Part shown: one piece after another, positions 46,901 through 61,900 of the stretch
Layout of the letters: each line of letters starts with the position of its first letter
Position numbering within the stretch: the stretch's first letter is position 1
Source: Dudresnaya verticillata
Lineage: Eukaryota
Direction of reading: 5' to 3'
Assembly: GCA_977862235.1 (NCBI GenBank)
Contig: OZ374558.1
Location: forward strand, 1,736,001-1,800,000
DNA: 64,000 nucleotides
The notes under the pieces: generated by a model
What the model was told of the DNA's origin: nothing
Seen by the model: the letters and a program-made list of their open reading frames with translations, nothing else
The model's database searches: none
Translations under genes and position numbers: made by a program

Positions 46901-49900
46901 ACATACCTCAGGATATAGCCAACTTTCAAACATAGATATTGGATATCACAATACCACTTACTAATACTTTCATGCCCCATTGCGCCGACCACGTGCCAGG
47001 GTGCCAATTGCCAAAGGTCAAACATACAATAGCTGCAGCTGGCGGACGATCTGAGTTAAACAAGGAACGTAACTGCATGACGAACTGGCGACGTTGCTGT
47101 CTCCTGAGCCCTACGCCCACTACGTTCTACGGTTGCGCGAGGATGGCCCCAGCCGGATGAATAGCGATACGCTTCGGGAGTTGCTCTACATCCAAATCTT
47201 CTAGGATCTAGACCACCTCTGAACCGACGCTGAGAGTCATATGCAGAAACGCGCTCCATGTTGCAGATCGCGCAGATCCCGCACTCGGCCAAGAGAGCGG
47301 AATCTTAAGTATGGCACAACGTGTGAACGCATGACGGCGACGGCGATGTTATATTGAGAATCGAACGGATCCCGTTTTCCGCTTGTGGCACAGTGCTCTC
47401 CGCAATGTTGCAGCGAAGAATGTGCTGCCGGATATCTTTCGAAAACGGAGTAGTTTTGTGGACCTTTCCGGCAGCGTCACAATTTCCTAAGACACGGCCA
47501 AAAGTAAATCAGAAATTCGTCTTGTACCCTGTTCTAGCACATCATGTAAGTTTGGGGACGGTGCAGTGCCGCAAGCTGGAAACATGACGAGCGGCGCATT
47601 GCGTGAGCGAAAATGTGAGCATTGTCGGGACGTGCGAGATGAGACGAGCCTCGCATGACCGCGCCGCCAGTACCTTCGAAGGTACACCGCACCTCAACGG
47701 GATGCTTTCCTGAGATATGCAAGCCTTGTCGTCCTTATCGCGTTGAAGGCCCACAGTGGCATTCACATGCAGTCCAGTTTTCAACCTGTCTAATAGGCAC
47801 TGTCAGGTCGTTCACAGAGCAAGGAGCCACCATGAAGATGGAACAGTGTGTGAGAACGTCGCCCTGCATGATTCAAACCACCCATAGTTCGTGAAAGAGC
47901 ACGAGCGTGGCAACGTATAGAAGGAGGGGCGTTGGGCCTTCGCCAAGGTGGTGATGAATCGAACGCTACGCTTTGACTCTACCGCAGAGCCCCAAGAATA
48001 TTCTTCGGTATGTTTTTCTGGTGCACGTTGTATTCCAAACGTACCAAAACCCGAACACTGCCGTTCGCATTATCCTTGATAGGAAATCCCGGCGACCTGG
48101 AGGTGAGCAGGTTGGTTGACACAGCTGAGGATCGAGCAGGTTGAAATGTGTTTCGCTCAAAGAAGACCGGTACAAGCAGCCTTCAAAGACCGGTTTTGTC
48201 CGGGAAGCGGCAGCGGTTCTGGACGGCGTGACCTTTGTTACATATTAAAGGCCGTCCCCTCTTCAACCTTGTACGGTCGGCGTGTAGTGGGTAATACAAC
48301 CACATCTCTATGTCGACGTTGCTCACCGAACGCCTTCTTCATCATTCGAACACCATAGCCGTACAGAGCTTTGCACGAGCCGTCGAAACAGAATTGCACG
48401 GATCGCCTGTCGAAGAATCAAGAACGGCACCTACTTCGAATTCCATTCCTTCTGTCTATATCAACTGAACCTCACTAGTCGACATGAAAGTATCGGTAAC
48501 ATATGTTTTTCTGATTGCTCTCCATATCTTAATGACGCCGGACAACGGTCTAGTACAGTTAGAGTTAGACTTTCTGCATCGTTCCTTCCTCCTGAATTCT
48601 GTAACAGAGTGTTTGCCAATCGTGGAATGGGCCTGGTTGATCCTCCGAACCTGCTGGAGATCCCTACAAAACCTAAATAAAGCTCTACTAATATCAACGC
48701 AATGTGGCTGAGCAAGCTGTTAAAGAGTCCACCCTTCCGCTGCCGAAACACCCCCGACCACTGATGGGCTTCCTACTGCCATGATGAACACAAAAGAATA
48801 AAGCTGTGCTACTTGAGTGAGTGCGTTGGGCCACAGCCCCGCGCTACTGGCGTCAACTGATCAGTCTATTCTCAAGATATCTACGATTTCCGGCGGGGAA
48901 TTCGGCTGCAGATGCCGAAACACATACACCCAAAGCTTTGGTTGAGTACATTCTAATATCACTACGCTTTGCACAATTTTGGTAGCGTCACCAAGGCGAT
49001 GAAGCACACATCTCGGGTTCTCTATGTGAGGTTTCGTCACTTCTCCGGTGTCACAAAATGGAACCGGCAAAATATGTTTGCAATGTTGTGGAGTGAGCGT
49101 CTAGCTACCAAACTGCTGTGTATGCAAGAGCACTCTGTGTTGACTGGTACGCCTTAAACCTGCACGCGGTTCGTTCCCAAGGAATGCCAAACTCTGGTAT
49201 CAGCACATTCGACAGCTCAAGAGCCAGGGCCCTTATGCGATGCGAGGGGTTCATACTGTTATACTCTCACGCTGCGCGTAGCTTATGAGGCCTTCCGTGA
49301 TCAGTCAAGACTCACATGGTCTCATCTTTTGTAGCACGTCAATGCATTGTTCATGTGGACAGTTTTCAAATGGACATTGTTCACATGGAAATAGGGGCAG
49401 GGCTTCTACCATCCAAATACACCGCTAATATTGGAATCCCATTGTTCCATCTCTTTCAAGATTGCATAGTCCTATCCATCTCATCGACCTCAGCGACCTG
49501 AAGAACGTAAATATTGTGTTGCATCGATTAGAGGTCCTCGTTTCAATATTATTTCAATTCGTGACCCGCTCTGTGCACACCCACATACCTCAGGATATAG
49601 CCAACTTTCAAACATAGATATTGGATATCACAATACCACTTACTAATACTTTCATGCCCCATTGCGCCGACCACGTGCCAGGGTGCCAATTGCCAAAGGT
49701 CAAACATACAATAGCTGCAGCTGGCGGACGATCTGAGTTAAACAAGGAACGTAACTGCATGACGAACTGGCGACGTTGCTGTCTCCTGAGCCCTACGCCC
49801 ACTACGTTCTACGGTTGCGCGAGGATGGCCCCAGCCGGATGAATAGCGATACGCTTCGGGAGTTGCTCTACATCCAAATCTTCTAGGATCTAGACCACCT

Positions 49901-52900
49901 CTGAACCGACGCTGAGAGTCATATGCAGAAACGCGCTCCATGTTGCAGATCGCGCAGATCCCGCACTCGGCCAAGAGAGCGGAATCTTAAGTATGGCACA
50001 ACGTGTGAACGCATGACGGCGACGGCGATGTTATATTGAGAATCGAACGGATCCCGTTTTCCGCTTGTGGCACAGTGCTCTCCGCAATGTTGCAGCGAAG
50101 AATGTGCTGCCGGATATCTTTCGAAAACGGAGTAGTTTTGTGGACCTTTCCGGCAGCGTCACAATTTCCTAAGACACGGCCAAAAGTAAATCAGAAATTC
50201 GTCTTGTACCCTGTTCTAGCACATCATGTAAGTTTGGGGACGGTGCAGTGCCGCAAGCTGGAAACATGACGAGCGGCGCATTGCGTGAGCGAAAATGTGA
50301 GCATTGTCGGGACGTGCGAGATGAGACGAGCCTCGCATGACCGCGCCGCCAGTACCTTCGAAGGTACACCGCACCTCAACGGGATGCTTTCCTGAGATAT
50401 GCAAGCCTTGTCGTCCTTATCGCGTTGAAGGCCCACAGTGGCATTCACATGCAGTCCAGTTTTCAACCTGTCTAATAGGCACTGTCAGGTCGTTCACAGA
50501 GCAAGGAGCCACCATGAAGATGGAACAGTGTGTGAGAACGTCGCCCTGCATGATTCAAACCACCCATAGTTCGTGAAAGAGCACGAGCGTGGCAACGTAT
50601 AGAAGGAGGGGCGTTGGGCCTTCGCCAAGGTGGTGATGAATCGAACGCTACGCTTTGACTCTACCGCAGAGCCCCAAGAATATTCTTCGGTATGTTTTTC
50701 TGGTGCACGTTGTATTCCAAACGTACCAAAACCCGAACACTGCCGTTCGCATTATCCTTGATAGGAAATCCCGGCGACCTGGAGGTGAGCAGGTTGGTTG
50801 ACACAGCTGAGGATCGAGCAGGTTGAAATGTGTTTCGCTCAAAGAAGACCGGTACAAGCAGCCTTCAAAGACCGGTTTTGTCCGGGAAGCGGCAGCGGTT
50901 CTGGACGGCGTGACCTTTGTTACATATTAAAGGCCGTCCCCTCTTCAACCTTGTACGGTCGGCGTGTAGTGGGTAATACAACCACATCTCTATGTCGACG
51001 TTGCTCACCGAACGCCTTCTTCATCATTCGAACACCATAGCCGTACAGAGCTTTGCACGAGCCGTCGAAACAGAATTGCACGGATCGCCTGTCGAAGAAT
51101 CAAGAACGGCACCTACTTCGAATTCCATTCCTTCTGTCTATATCAACTGAACCTCACTAGTCGACATGAAAGTATCGGTAACATATGTTTTTCTGATTGC
51201 TCTCCATATCTTAATGACGCCGGACAACGGTCTAGTACAGTTAGAGTTAGACTTTCTGCATCGTTCCTTCCTCCTGAATTCTGTAACAGAGTGTTTGCCA
51301 ATCGTGGAATGGGCCTGGTTGATCCTCCGAACCTGCTGGAGATCCCTACAAAACCTAAATAAAGCTCTACTAATATCAACGCAATGTGGCTGAGCAAGCT
51401 GTTAAAGAGTCCACCCTTCCGCTGCCGAAACACCCCCGACCACTGATGGGCTTCCTACTGCCATGATGAACACAAAAGAATAAAGCTGTGCTACTTGAGT
51501 GAGTGCGTTGGGCCACAGCCCCGCGCTACTGGCGTCAACTGATCAGTCTATTCTCAAGATATCTACGATTTCCGGCGGGGAATTCGGCTGCAGATGCCGA
51601 AACACATACACCCAAAGCTTTGGTTGAGTACATTCTAATATCACTACGCTTTGCACAATTTTGGTAGCGTCACCAAGGCGATGAAGCACACATCTCGGGT
51701 TCTCTATGTGAGGTTTCGTCACTTCTCCGGTGTCACAAAATGGAACCGGCAAAATATGTTTGCAATGTTGTGGAGTGAGCGTCTAGCTACCAAACTGCTG
51801 TGTATGCAAGAGCACTCTGTGTTGACTGGTACGCCTTAAACCTGCACGCGGTTCGTTCCCAAGGAATGCCAAACTCTGGTATCAGCACATTCGACAGCTC
51901 AAGAGCCAGGGCCCTTATGCGATGCGAGGGGTTCATACTGTTATACTCTCACGCTGCGCGTAGCTTATGAGGCCTTCCGTGATCAGTCAAGACTCACATG
52001 GTCTCATCTTTTGTAGCACGTCAATGCATTGTTCATGTGGACAGTTTTCAAATGGACATTGTTCACATGGAAATAGGGGCAGGGCTTCTACCATCCAAAT
52101 ACACCGCTAATATTGGAATCCCATTGTTCCATCTCTTTCAAGATTGCATAGTCCTATCCATCTCATCGACCTCAGCGACCTGAAGAACGTAAATATTGTG
52201 TTGCATCGATTAGAGGTCCTCGTTTCAATATTATTTCAATTCGTGACCCGCTCTGTGCACACCCACATACCTCAGGATATAGCCAACTTTCAAACATAGA
52301 TATTGGATATCACAATACCACTTACTAATACTTTCATGCCCCATTGCGCCGACCACGTGCCAGGGTGCCAATTGCCAAAGGTCAAACATACAATAGCTGC
52401 AGCTGGCGGACGATCTGAGTTAAACAAGGAACGTAAGTAACTGCATGACGAACTGGCGACGTTGCTGTCTCCTGAGCCCTACGCCCACTACGTTCTACGG
52501 TTGCGCGAGGATGGCCCCAGCCGGATGAATAGCGATACGCTTCGGGAGTTGCTCTACATCCAAATCTTCTAGGATCTAGACCACCTCTGAACCGACGCTG
52601 AGAGTCATATGCAGAAACGCGCTCCATGTTGCAGATCGCGCAGATCCCGCACTCGGCCAAGAGAGCGGAATCTTAAGTATGGCACAACGTGTGAACGCAT
52701 GACGGCGACGGCGATGTTATATTGAGAATCGAACGGATCCCGTTTTCCGCTTGTGGCACAGTGCTCTCCGCAATGTTGCAGCGAAGAATGTGCTGCCGGA
52801 TATCTTTCGAAAACGGAGTAGTTTTGTGGACCTTTCCGGCAGCGTCACAATTTCCTAAGACACGGCCAAAAGTAAATCAGAAATTCGTCTTGTACCCTGT

Positions 52901-55900
52901 TTTAGCACATCATGTAAGTTTGGGGACGGTGCAGTGCCGCAAGCTGGAAACATGACGAGCGGCGCATTGCGTGAGCGAAAATGTGAGCATTGTCGGGACG
53001 TGCGAGATGAGACGAGCCTCGCATGACCGCGCCGCCAGTACCTTCGAAGGTACACCGCACCTCAACGGGATGCTTTCCTGAGATATGCAAGCCTTGTCGT
53101 CCTTATCGCGTTGAAGGCCCACAGTGGCATTCACATGCAGTCCAGTTTTCAACCTGTCTAATAGGCACTGTCAGGTCGTTCACAGAGCAAGGAGCCACCA
53201 TGAAGATGGAACAGTGTGTGAGAACGTCGCCCTGCATGATTCAAACCACCCATAGTTCGTGAAAGAGCACGAGCGTGGCAACGTATAGAAGGAGGGGCGT
53301 TGGGCCTTCGCCAAGGTGGTGATGAATCGAACGCTACGCTTTGACTCTACCGCAGAGCCCCAAGAATATTCTTCGGTATGTTTTTCTGGTGCACGTTGTA
53401 TTCCAAACGTACCAAAACCCGAACACTGCCGTTCGCATTATCCTTGATAGGAAATCCCGGCGACCTGGAGGTGAGCAGGTTGGTTGACACAGCTGAGGAT
53501 CGAGCAGGTTGAAATGTGTTTCGCTCAAAGAAGACCGGTACAAGCAGCCTTCAAAGACCGGTTTTGTCCGGGAAGCGGCAGCGGTTCTGGACGGCGTGAC
53601 CTTTGTTACATATTAAAGGCCGTCCCCTCTTCAACCTTGTACGGTCGGCGTGTAGTGGGTAATACAACCACATCTCTATGTCGACGTTGCTCACCGAACG
53701 CCTTCTTCATCATTCGAACACCATAGCCGTACAGAGCTTTGCACGAGCCGTCGAAACAGAATTGCACGGATCGCCTGTCGAAGAATCAAGAACGGCACCT
53801 ACTTCGAATTCCATTCCTTCTGTCTATATCAACTGAACCTCACTAGTCGACATGAAAGTATCGGTAACATATGTTTTTCTGATTGCTCTCCATATCTTAA
53901 TGACGCCGGACAACGGTCTAGTACAGTTAGAGTTAGACTTTCTGCATCGTTCCTTCCTCCTGAATTCTGTAACAGAGTGTTTGCCAATCGTGGAATGGGC
54001 CTGGTTGATCCTCCGAACCTGCTGGAGATCCCTACAAAACCTAAATAAAGCTCTACTAATATCAACGCAATGTGGCTGAGCAAGCTGTTAAAGAGTCCAC
54101 CCTTCCGCTGCCGAAACACCCCCGACCACTGATGGGCTTCCTACTGCCATGATGAACACAAAAGAATAAAGCTGTGCTACTTGAGTGAGTGCGTTGGGCC
54201 ACAGCCCCGCGCTACTGGCGTCAACTGATCAGTCTATTCTCAAGATATCTACGATTTCCGGCGGGGAATTCGGCTGCAGATGCCGAAACACATACACCCA
54301 AAGCTTTGGTTGAGTACATTCTAATATCACTACGCTTTGCACAATTTTGGTAGCGTCACCAAGGCGATGAAGCACACATCTCGGGTTCTCTATGTGAGGT
54401 TTCGTCACTTCTCCGGTGTCACAAAATGGAACCGGCAAAATATGTTTGCAATGTTGTGGAGTGAGCGTCTAGCTACCAAACTGCTGTGTATGCAAGAGCA
54501 CTCTGTGTTGACTGGTACGCCTTAAACCTGCACGCGGTTCGTTCCCAAGGAATGCCAAACTCTGGTATCAGCACATTCGACAGCTCAAGAGCCAGGGCCC
54601 TTATGCGATGCGAGGGGTTCATACTGTTATACTCTCACGCTGCGCGTAGCTTATGAGGCCTTCCGTGATCAGTCAAGACTCACATGGTCTCATCTTTTGT
54701 AGCACGTCAATGCATTGTTCATGTGGACAGTTTTCAAATGGACATTGTTCACATGGAAATAGGGGCAGGGCTTCTACCATCCAAATACACCGCTAATATT
54801 GGAATCCCATTGTTCCATCTCTTTCAAGATTGCATAGTCCTATCCATCTCATCGACCTCAGCGACCTGAAGAACGTAAATATTGTGTTGCATCGATTAGA
54901 GGTCCTCGTTTCAATATTATTTCAATTCGTGACCCGCTCTGTGCACACCCACATACCTCAGGATATAGCCAACTTTCAAACATAGATATTGGATATCACA
55001 ATACCACTTACTAATACTTTCATGCCCCATTGCGCCGACCACGTGCCAGGGTGCCAATTGCCAAAGGTCAAACATACAATAGCTGCAGCTGGCGGACGAT
55101 CTGAGTTAAACAAGGAACGTAAGTAACTGCATGACGAACTGGCGACGTTGCTGTCTCCTGAGCCCTACGCCCACTACGTTCTACGGTTGCGCGAGGATGG
55201 CCCCAGCCGGATGAATAGCGATACGCTTCGGGAGTTGCTCTACATCCAAATCTTCTAGGATCTAGACCACCTCTGAACCGACGCTGAGAGTCATATGCAG
55301 AAACGCGCTCCATGTTGCAGATCGCGCAGATCCCGCACTCGGCCAAGAGAGCGGAATCTTAAGTATGGCACAACGTGTGAACGCATGACGGCGACGGCGA
55401 TGTTATATTGAGAATCGAACGGATCCCGTTTTCCGCTTGTGGCACAGTGCTCTCCGCAATGTTGCAGCGAAGAATGTGCTGCCGGATATCTTTCGAAAAC
55501 GGAGTAGTTTTGTGGACCTTTCCGGCAGCGTCACAATTTCCTAAGACACGGCCAAAAGTAAATCAGAAATTCGTCTTGTACCCTGTTTTAGCACATCATG
55601 TAAGTTTGGGGACGGTGCAGTGCCGCAAGCTGGAAACATGACGAGCGGCGCATTGCGTGAGCGAAAATGTGAGCATTGTCGGGACGTGCGAGATGAGACG
55701 AGCCTCGCATGACCGCGCCGCCAGTACCTTCGAAGGTACACCGCACCTCAACGGGATGCTTTCCTGAGATATGCAAGCCTTGTCGTCCTTATCGCGTTGA
55801 AGGCCCACAGTGGCATTCACATGCAGTCCAGTTTTCAACCTGTCTAATAGGCACTGTCAGGTCGTTCACAGAGCAAGGAGCCACCATGAAGATGGAACAG

Positions 55901-58900
55901 TGTGTGAGAACGTCGCCCTGCATGATTCAAACCACCCATAGTTCGTGAAAGAGCACGAGCGTGGCAACGTATAGAAGGAGGGGCGTTGGGCCTTCGCCAA
56001 GGTGGTGATGAATCGAACGCTACGCTTTGACTCTACCGCAGAGCCCCAAGAATATTCTTCGGTATGTTTTTCTGGTGCACGTTGTATTCCAAACGTACCA
56101 AAACCCGAACACTGCCGTTCGCATTATCCTTGATAGGAAATCCCGGCGACCTGGAGGTGAGCAGGTTGGTTGACACAGCTGAGGATCGAGCAGGTTGAAA
56201 TGTGTTTCGCTCAAAGAAGACCGGTACAAGCAGGCAGCGTTCAAAGACCGGTTTTGTCCGGGAAGCGGCAGCGGTTCTGGACGGCGTGACCTTTGTTACA
56301 TATTAAAGGCCGTCCCCTCTTCAACCTTGTACGGTCGGCGTGTAGTGGGTAATACAACCACATCTCTATGTCGACGTTGCTCACCGAACGCCTTCTTCAT
56401 CATTCGAACACCATAGCCGTACAGAGCTTTGCACGAGCCGTCGAAACAGAATTGCACGGATCGCCTGTCGAAGAATCAAGAACGGCACCTACTTCGAATT
56501 CCATTCCTTCTGTCTATATCAACTGAACCTCACTAGTCGACATGAAAGTATCGGTAACATATGTTTTTCTGATTGCTCTCCATATCTTAATGACGCCGGA
56601 CAACGGTCTAGTACAGTTAGAGTTAGACTTTCTGCATCGTTCCTTCCTCCTGAATTCTGTAACAGAGTGTTTGCCAATCGTGGAATGGGCCTGGTTGATC
56701 CTCCGAACCTGCTGGAGATCCCTACAAAACCTAAATAAAGCTCTACTAATATCAACGCAATGTGGCTGAGCAAGCTGTTAAAGAGTCCACCCTTCCGCTG
56801 CCGAAACACCCCCGACCACTGATGGGCTTCCTACTGCCATGATGAACACAAAAGAATAAAGCTGTGCTACTTGAGTGAGTGCGTTGGGCCACAGCCCCGC
56901 GCTACTGGCGTCAACTGATCAGTCTATTCTCAAGATATCTACGATTTCCGGCGGGGAATTCGGCTGCAGATGCCGAAACACATACACCCAAAGCTTTGGT
57001 TGAGTACATTCTAATATCACTACGCTTTGCACAATTTTGGTAGCGTCACCAAGGCGATGAAGCACACATCTCGGGTTCTCTATGTGAGGTTTCGTCACTT
57101 CTCCGGTGTCACAAAATGGAACCGGCAAAATATGTTTGCAATGTTGTGGAGTGAGCGTCTAGCTACCAAACTGCTGTGTATGCAAGAGCACTCTGTGTTG
57201 ACTGGTACGCCTTAAACCTGCACGCGGTTCGTTCCCAAGGAATGCCAAACTCTGGTATCAGCACATTCGACAGCTCAAGAGCCAGGGCCCTTATGCGATG
57301 CGAGGGGTTCATACTGTTATACTCTCACGCTGCGCGTAGCTTATGAGGCCTTCCGTGATCAGTCAAGACTCACATGGTCTCATCTTTTGTAGCACGTCAA
57401 TGCATTGTTCATGTGGACAGTTTTCAAATGGACATTGTTCACATGGAAATAGGGGCAGGGCTTCTACCATCCAAATACACCGCTAATATTGGAATCCCAT
57501 TGTTCCATCTCTTTCAAGATTGCATAGTCCTATCCATCTCATCGACCTCAGCGACCTGAAGAACGTAAATATTGTGTTGCATCGATTAGAGGTCCTCGTT
57601 TCAATATTATTTCAATTCGTGACCCGCTCTGTGCACACCCACATACCTCAGGATATAGCCAACTTTCAAACATAGATATTGGATATCACAATACCACTTA
57701 CTAATACTTTCATGCCCCATTGCGCCGACCACGTGCCAGGGTGCCAATTGCCAAAGGTCAAACATACAATAGCTGCAGCTGGCGGACGATCTGAGTTAAA
57801 CAAGGAACGTAACTGCATGACGAACTGGCGACGTTGCTGTCTCCTGAGCCCTACGCCCACTACGTTCTACGGTTGCGCGAGGATGGCCCCAGCCGGATGA
57901 ATAGCGATACGCTTCGGGAGTTGCTCTACATCCAAATCTTCTAGGATCTAGACCACCTCTGAACCGACGCTGAGAGTCATATGCAGAAACGCGCTCCATG
58001 TTGCAGATCGCGCAGATCCCGCACTCGGCCAAGAGAGCGGAATCTTAAGTATGGCACAACGTGTGAACGCATGACGGCGACGGCGATGTTATATTGAGAA
58101 TCGAACGGATCCCGTTTTCCGCTTGTGGCACAGTGCTCTCCGCAATGTTGCAGCGAAGAATGTGCTGCCGGATATCTTTCGAAAACGGAGTAGTTTTGTG
58201 GACCTTTCCGGCAGCGTCACAATTTCCTAAGACACGGCCAAAAGTAAATCAGAAATTCGTCTTGTACCCTGTTCTAGCACATCATGTAAGTTTGGGGACG
58301 GTGCAGTGCCGCAAGCTGGAAACATGACGAGCGGCGCATTGCGTGAGCGAAAATGTGAGCATTGTCGGGACGTGCGAGATGAGACGAGCCTCGCATGACC
58401 GCGCCGCCAGTACCTTCGAAGGTACACCGCACCTCAACGGGATGCTTTCCTGAGATATGCAAGCCTTGTCGTCCTTATCGCGTTGAAGGCCCACAGTGGC
58501 ATTCACATGCAGTCCAGTTTTCAACCTGTCTAATAGGCACTGTCAGGTCGTTCACAGAGCAAGGAGCCACCATGAAGATGGAACAGTGTGTGAGAACGTC
58601 GCCCTGCATGATTCAAACCACCCATAGTTCGTGAAAGAGCACGAGCGTGGCAACGTATAGAAGGAGGGGCGTTGGGCCTTCGCCAAGGTGGTGATGAATC
58701 GAACGCTACGCTTTGACTCTACCGCAGAGCCCCAAGAATATTCTTCGGTATGTTTTTCTGGTGCACGTTGTATTCCAAACGTACCAAAACCCGAACACTG
58801 CCGTTCGCATTATCCTTGATAGGAAATCCCGGCGACCTGGAGGTGAGCAGGTTGGTTGACACAGCTGAGGATCGAGCAGGTTGAAATGTGTTTCGCTCAA

Positions 58901-61900
58901 AGAAGACCGGTACAAGCAGCGTTCAAAGACCGGTTTTGTCCGGGAAGCGGCAGCGGTTCTGGACGGCGTGACCTTTGTTACATATTAAAGGCCGTCCCCT
59001 CTTCAACCTTGTACGGTCGGCGTGTAGTGGGTAATACAACCACATCTCTATGTCGACGTTGCTCACCGAACGCCTTCTTCATCATTCGAACACCATAGCC
59101 GTACAGAGCTTTGCACGAGCCGTCGAAACAGAATTGCACGGATCGCCTGTCGAAGAATCAAGAACGGCACCTACTTCGAATTCCATTCCTTCTGTCTATA
59201 TCAACTGAACCTCACTAGTCGACATGAAAGTATCGGTAACATATGTTTTTCTGATTGCTCTCCATATCTTAATGACGCCGGACAACGGTCTAGTACAGTT
59301 AGAGTTAGACTTTCTGCATCGTTCCTTCCTCCTGAATTCTGTAACAGAGTGTTTGCCAATCGTGGAATGGGCCTGGTTGATCCTCCGAACCTGCTGGAGA
59401 TCCCTACAAAACCTAAATAAAGCTCTACTAATATCAACGCAATGTGGCTGAGCAAGCTGTTAAAGAGTCCACCCTTCCGCTGCCGAAACACCCCCGACCA
59501 CTGATGGGCTTCCTACTGCCATGATGAACACAAAAGAATAAAGCTGTGCTACTTGAGTGAGTGCGTTGGGCCACAGCCCCGCGCTACTGGCGTCAACTGA
59601 TCAGTCTATTCTCAAGATATCTACGATTTCCGGCGGGGAATTCGGCTGCAGATGCCGAAACACATACACCCAAAGCTTTGGTTGAGTACATTCTAATATC
59701 ACTACGCTTTGCACAATTTTGGTAGCGTCACCAAGGCGATGAAGCACACATCTCGGGTTCTCTATGTGAGGTTTCGTCACTTCTCCGGTGTCACAAAATG
59801 GAACCGGCAAAATATGTTTGCAATGTTGTGGAGTGAGCGTCTAGCTACCAAACTGCTGTGTATGCAAGAGCACTCTGTGTTGACTGGTACGCCTTAAACC
59901 TGCACGCGGTTCGTTCCCAAGGAATGCCAAACTCTGGTATCAGCACATTCGACAGCTCAAGAGCCAGGGCCCTTATGCGATGCGAGGGGTTCATACTGTT
60001 ATACTCTCACGCTGCGCGTAGCTTATGAGGCCTTCCGTGATCAGTCAAGACTCACATGGTCTCATCTTTTGTAGCACGTCAATGCATTGTTCATGTGGAC
60101 AGTTTTCAAATGGACATTGTTCACATGGAAATAGGGGCAGGGCTTCTACCATCCAAATACACCGCTAATATTGGAATCCCATTGTTCCATCTCTTTCAAG
60201 ATTGCATAGTCCTATCCATCTCATCGACCTCAGCGACCTGAAGAACGTAAATATTGTGTTGCATCGATTAGAGGTCCTCGTTTCAATATTATTTCAATTC
60301 GTGACCCGCTCTGTGCACACCCACATACCTCAGGATATAGCCAACTTTCAAACATAGATATTGGATATCACAATACCACTTACTAATACTTTCATGCCCC
60401 ATTGCGCCGACCACGTGCCAGGGTGCCAATTGCCAAAGGTCAAACATACAATAGCTGCAGCTGGCGGACGATCTGAGTTAAACAAGGAACGTAACTGCAT
60501 GACGAACTGGCGACGTTGCTGTCTCCTGAGCCCTACGCCCACTACGTTCTACGGTTGCGCGAGGATGGCCCCAGCCGGATGAATAGCGATACGCTTCGGG
60601 AGTTGCTCTACATCCAAATCTTCTAGGATCTAGACCACCTCTGAACCGACGCTGAGAGTCATATGCAGAAACGCGCTCCATGTTGCAGATCGCGCAGATC
60701 CCGCACTCGGCCAAGAGAGCGGAATCTTAAGTATGGCACAACGTGTGAACGCATGACGGCGACGGCGATGTTATATTGAGAATCGAACGGATCCCGTTTT
60801 CCGCTTGTGGCACAGTGCTCTCCGCAATGTTGCAGCGAAGAATGTGCTGCCGGATATCTTTCGAAAACGGAGTAGTTTTGTGGACCTTTCCGGCAGCGTC
60901 ACAATTTCCTAAGACACGGCCAAAAGTAAATCAGAAATTCGTCTTGTACCCTGTTCTAGCACATCATGTAAGTTTGGGGACGGTGCAGTGCCGCAAGCTG
61001 GAAACATGACGAGCGGCGCATTGCGTGAGCGAAAATGTGAGCATTGTCGGGACGTGCGAGATGAGACGAGCCTCGCATGACCGCGCCGCCAGTACCTTCG
61101 AAGGTACACCGCACCTCAACGGGATGCTTTCCTGAGATATGCAAGCCTTGTCGTCCTTATCGCGTTGAAGGCCCACAGTGGCATTCACATGCAGTCCAGT
61201 TTTCAACCTGTCTAATAGGCACTGTCAGGTCGTTCACAGAGCAAGGAGCCACCATGAAGATGGAACAGTGTGTGAGAACGTCGCCCTGCATGATTCAAAC
61301 CACCCATAGTTCGTGAAAGAGCACGAGCGTGGCAACGTATAGAAGGAGGGGCGTTGGGCCTTCGCCAAGGTGGTGATGAATCGAACGCTACGCTTTGACT
61401 CTACCGCAGAGCCCCAAGAATATTCTTCGGTATGTTTTTCTGGTGCACGTTGTATTCCAAACGTACCAAAACCCGAACACTGCCGTTCGCATTATCCTTG
61501 ATAGGAAATCCCGGCGACCTGGAGGTGAGCAGGTTGGTTGACACAGCTGAGGATCGAGCAGGTTGAAATGTGTTTCGCTCAAAGAAGACCGGTACAAGCA
61601 GCCTTCAAAGACCGGTTTTGTCCGGGAAGCGGCAGCGGTTCTGGACGGCGTGACCTTTGTTACATATTAAAGGCCGTCCCCTCTTCAACCTTGTACGGTC
61701 GGCGTGTAGTGGGTAATACAACCACATCTCTATGTCGACGTTGCTCACCGAACGCCTTCTTCATCATTCGAACACCATAGCCGTACAGAGCTTTGCACGA
61801 GCCGTCGAAACAGAATTGCACGGATCGCCTGTCGAAGAATCAAGAACGGCACCTACTTCGAATTCCATTCCTTCTGTCTATATCAACTGAACCTCACTAG

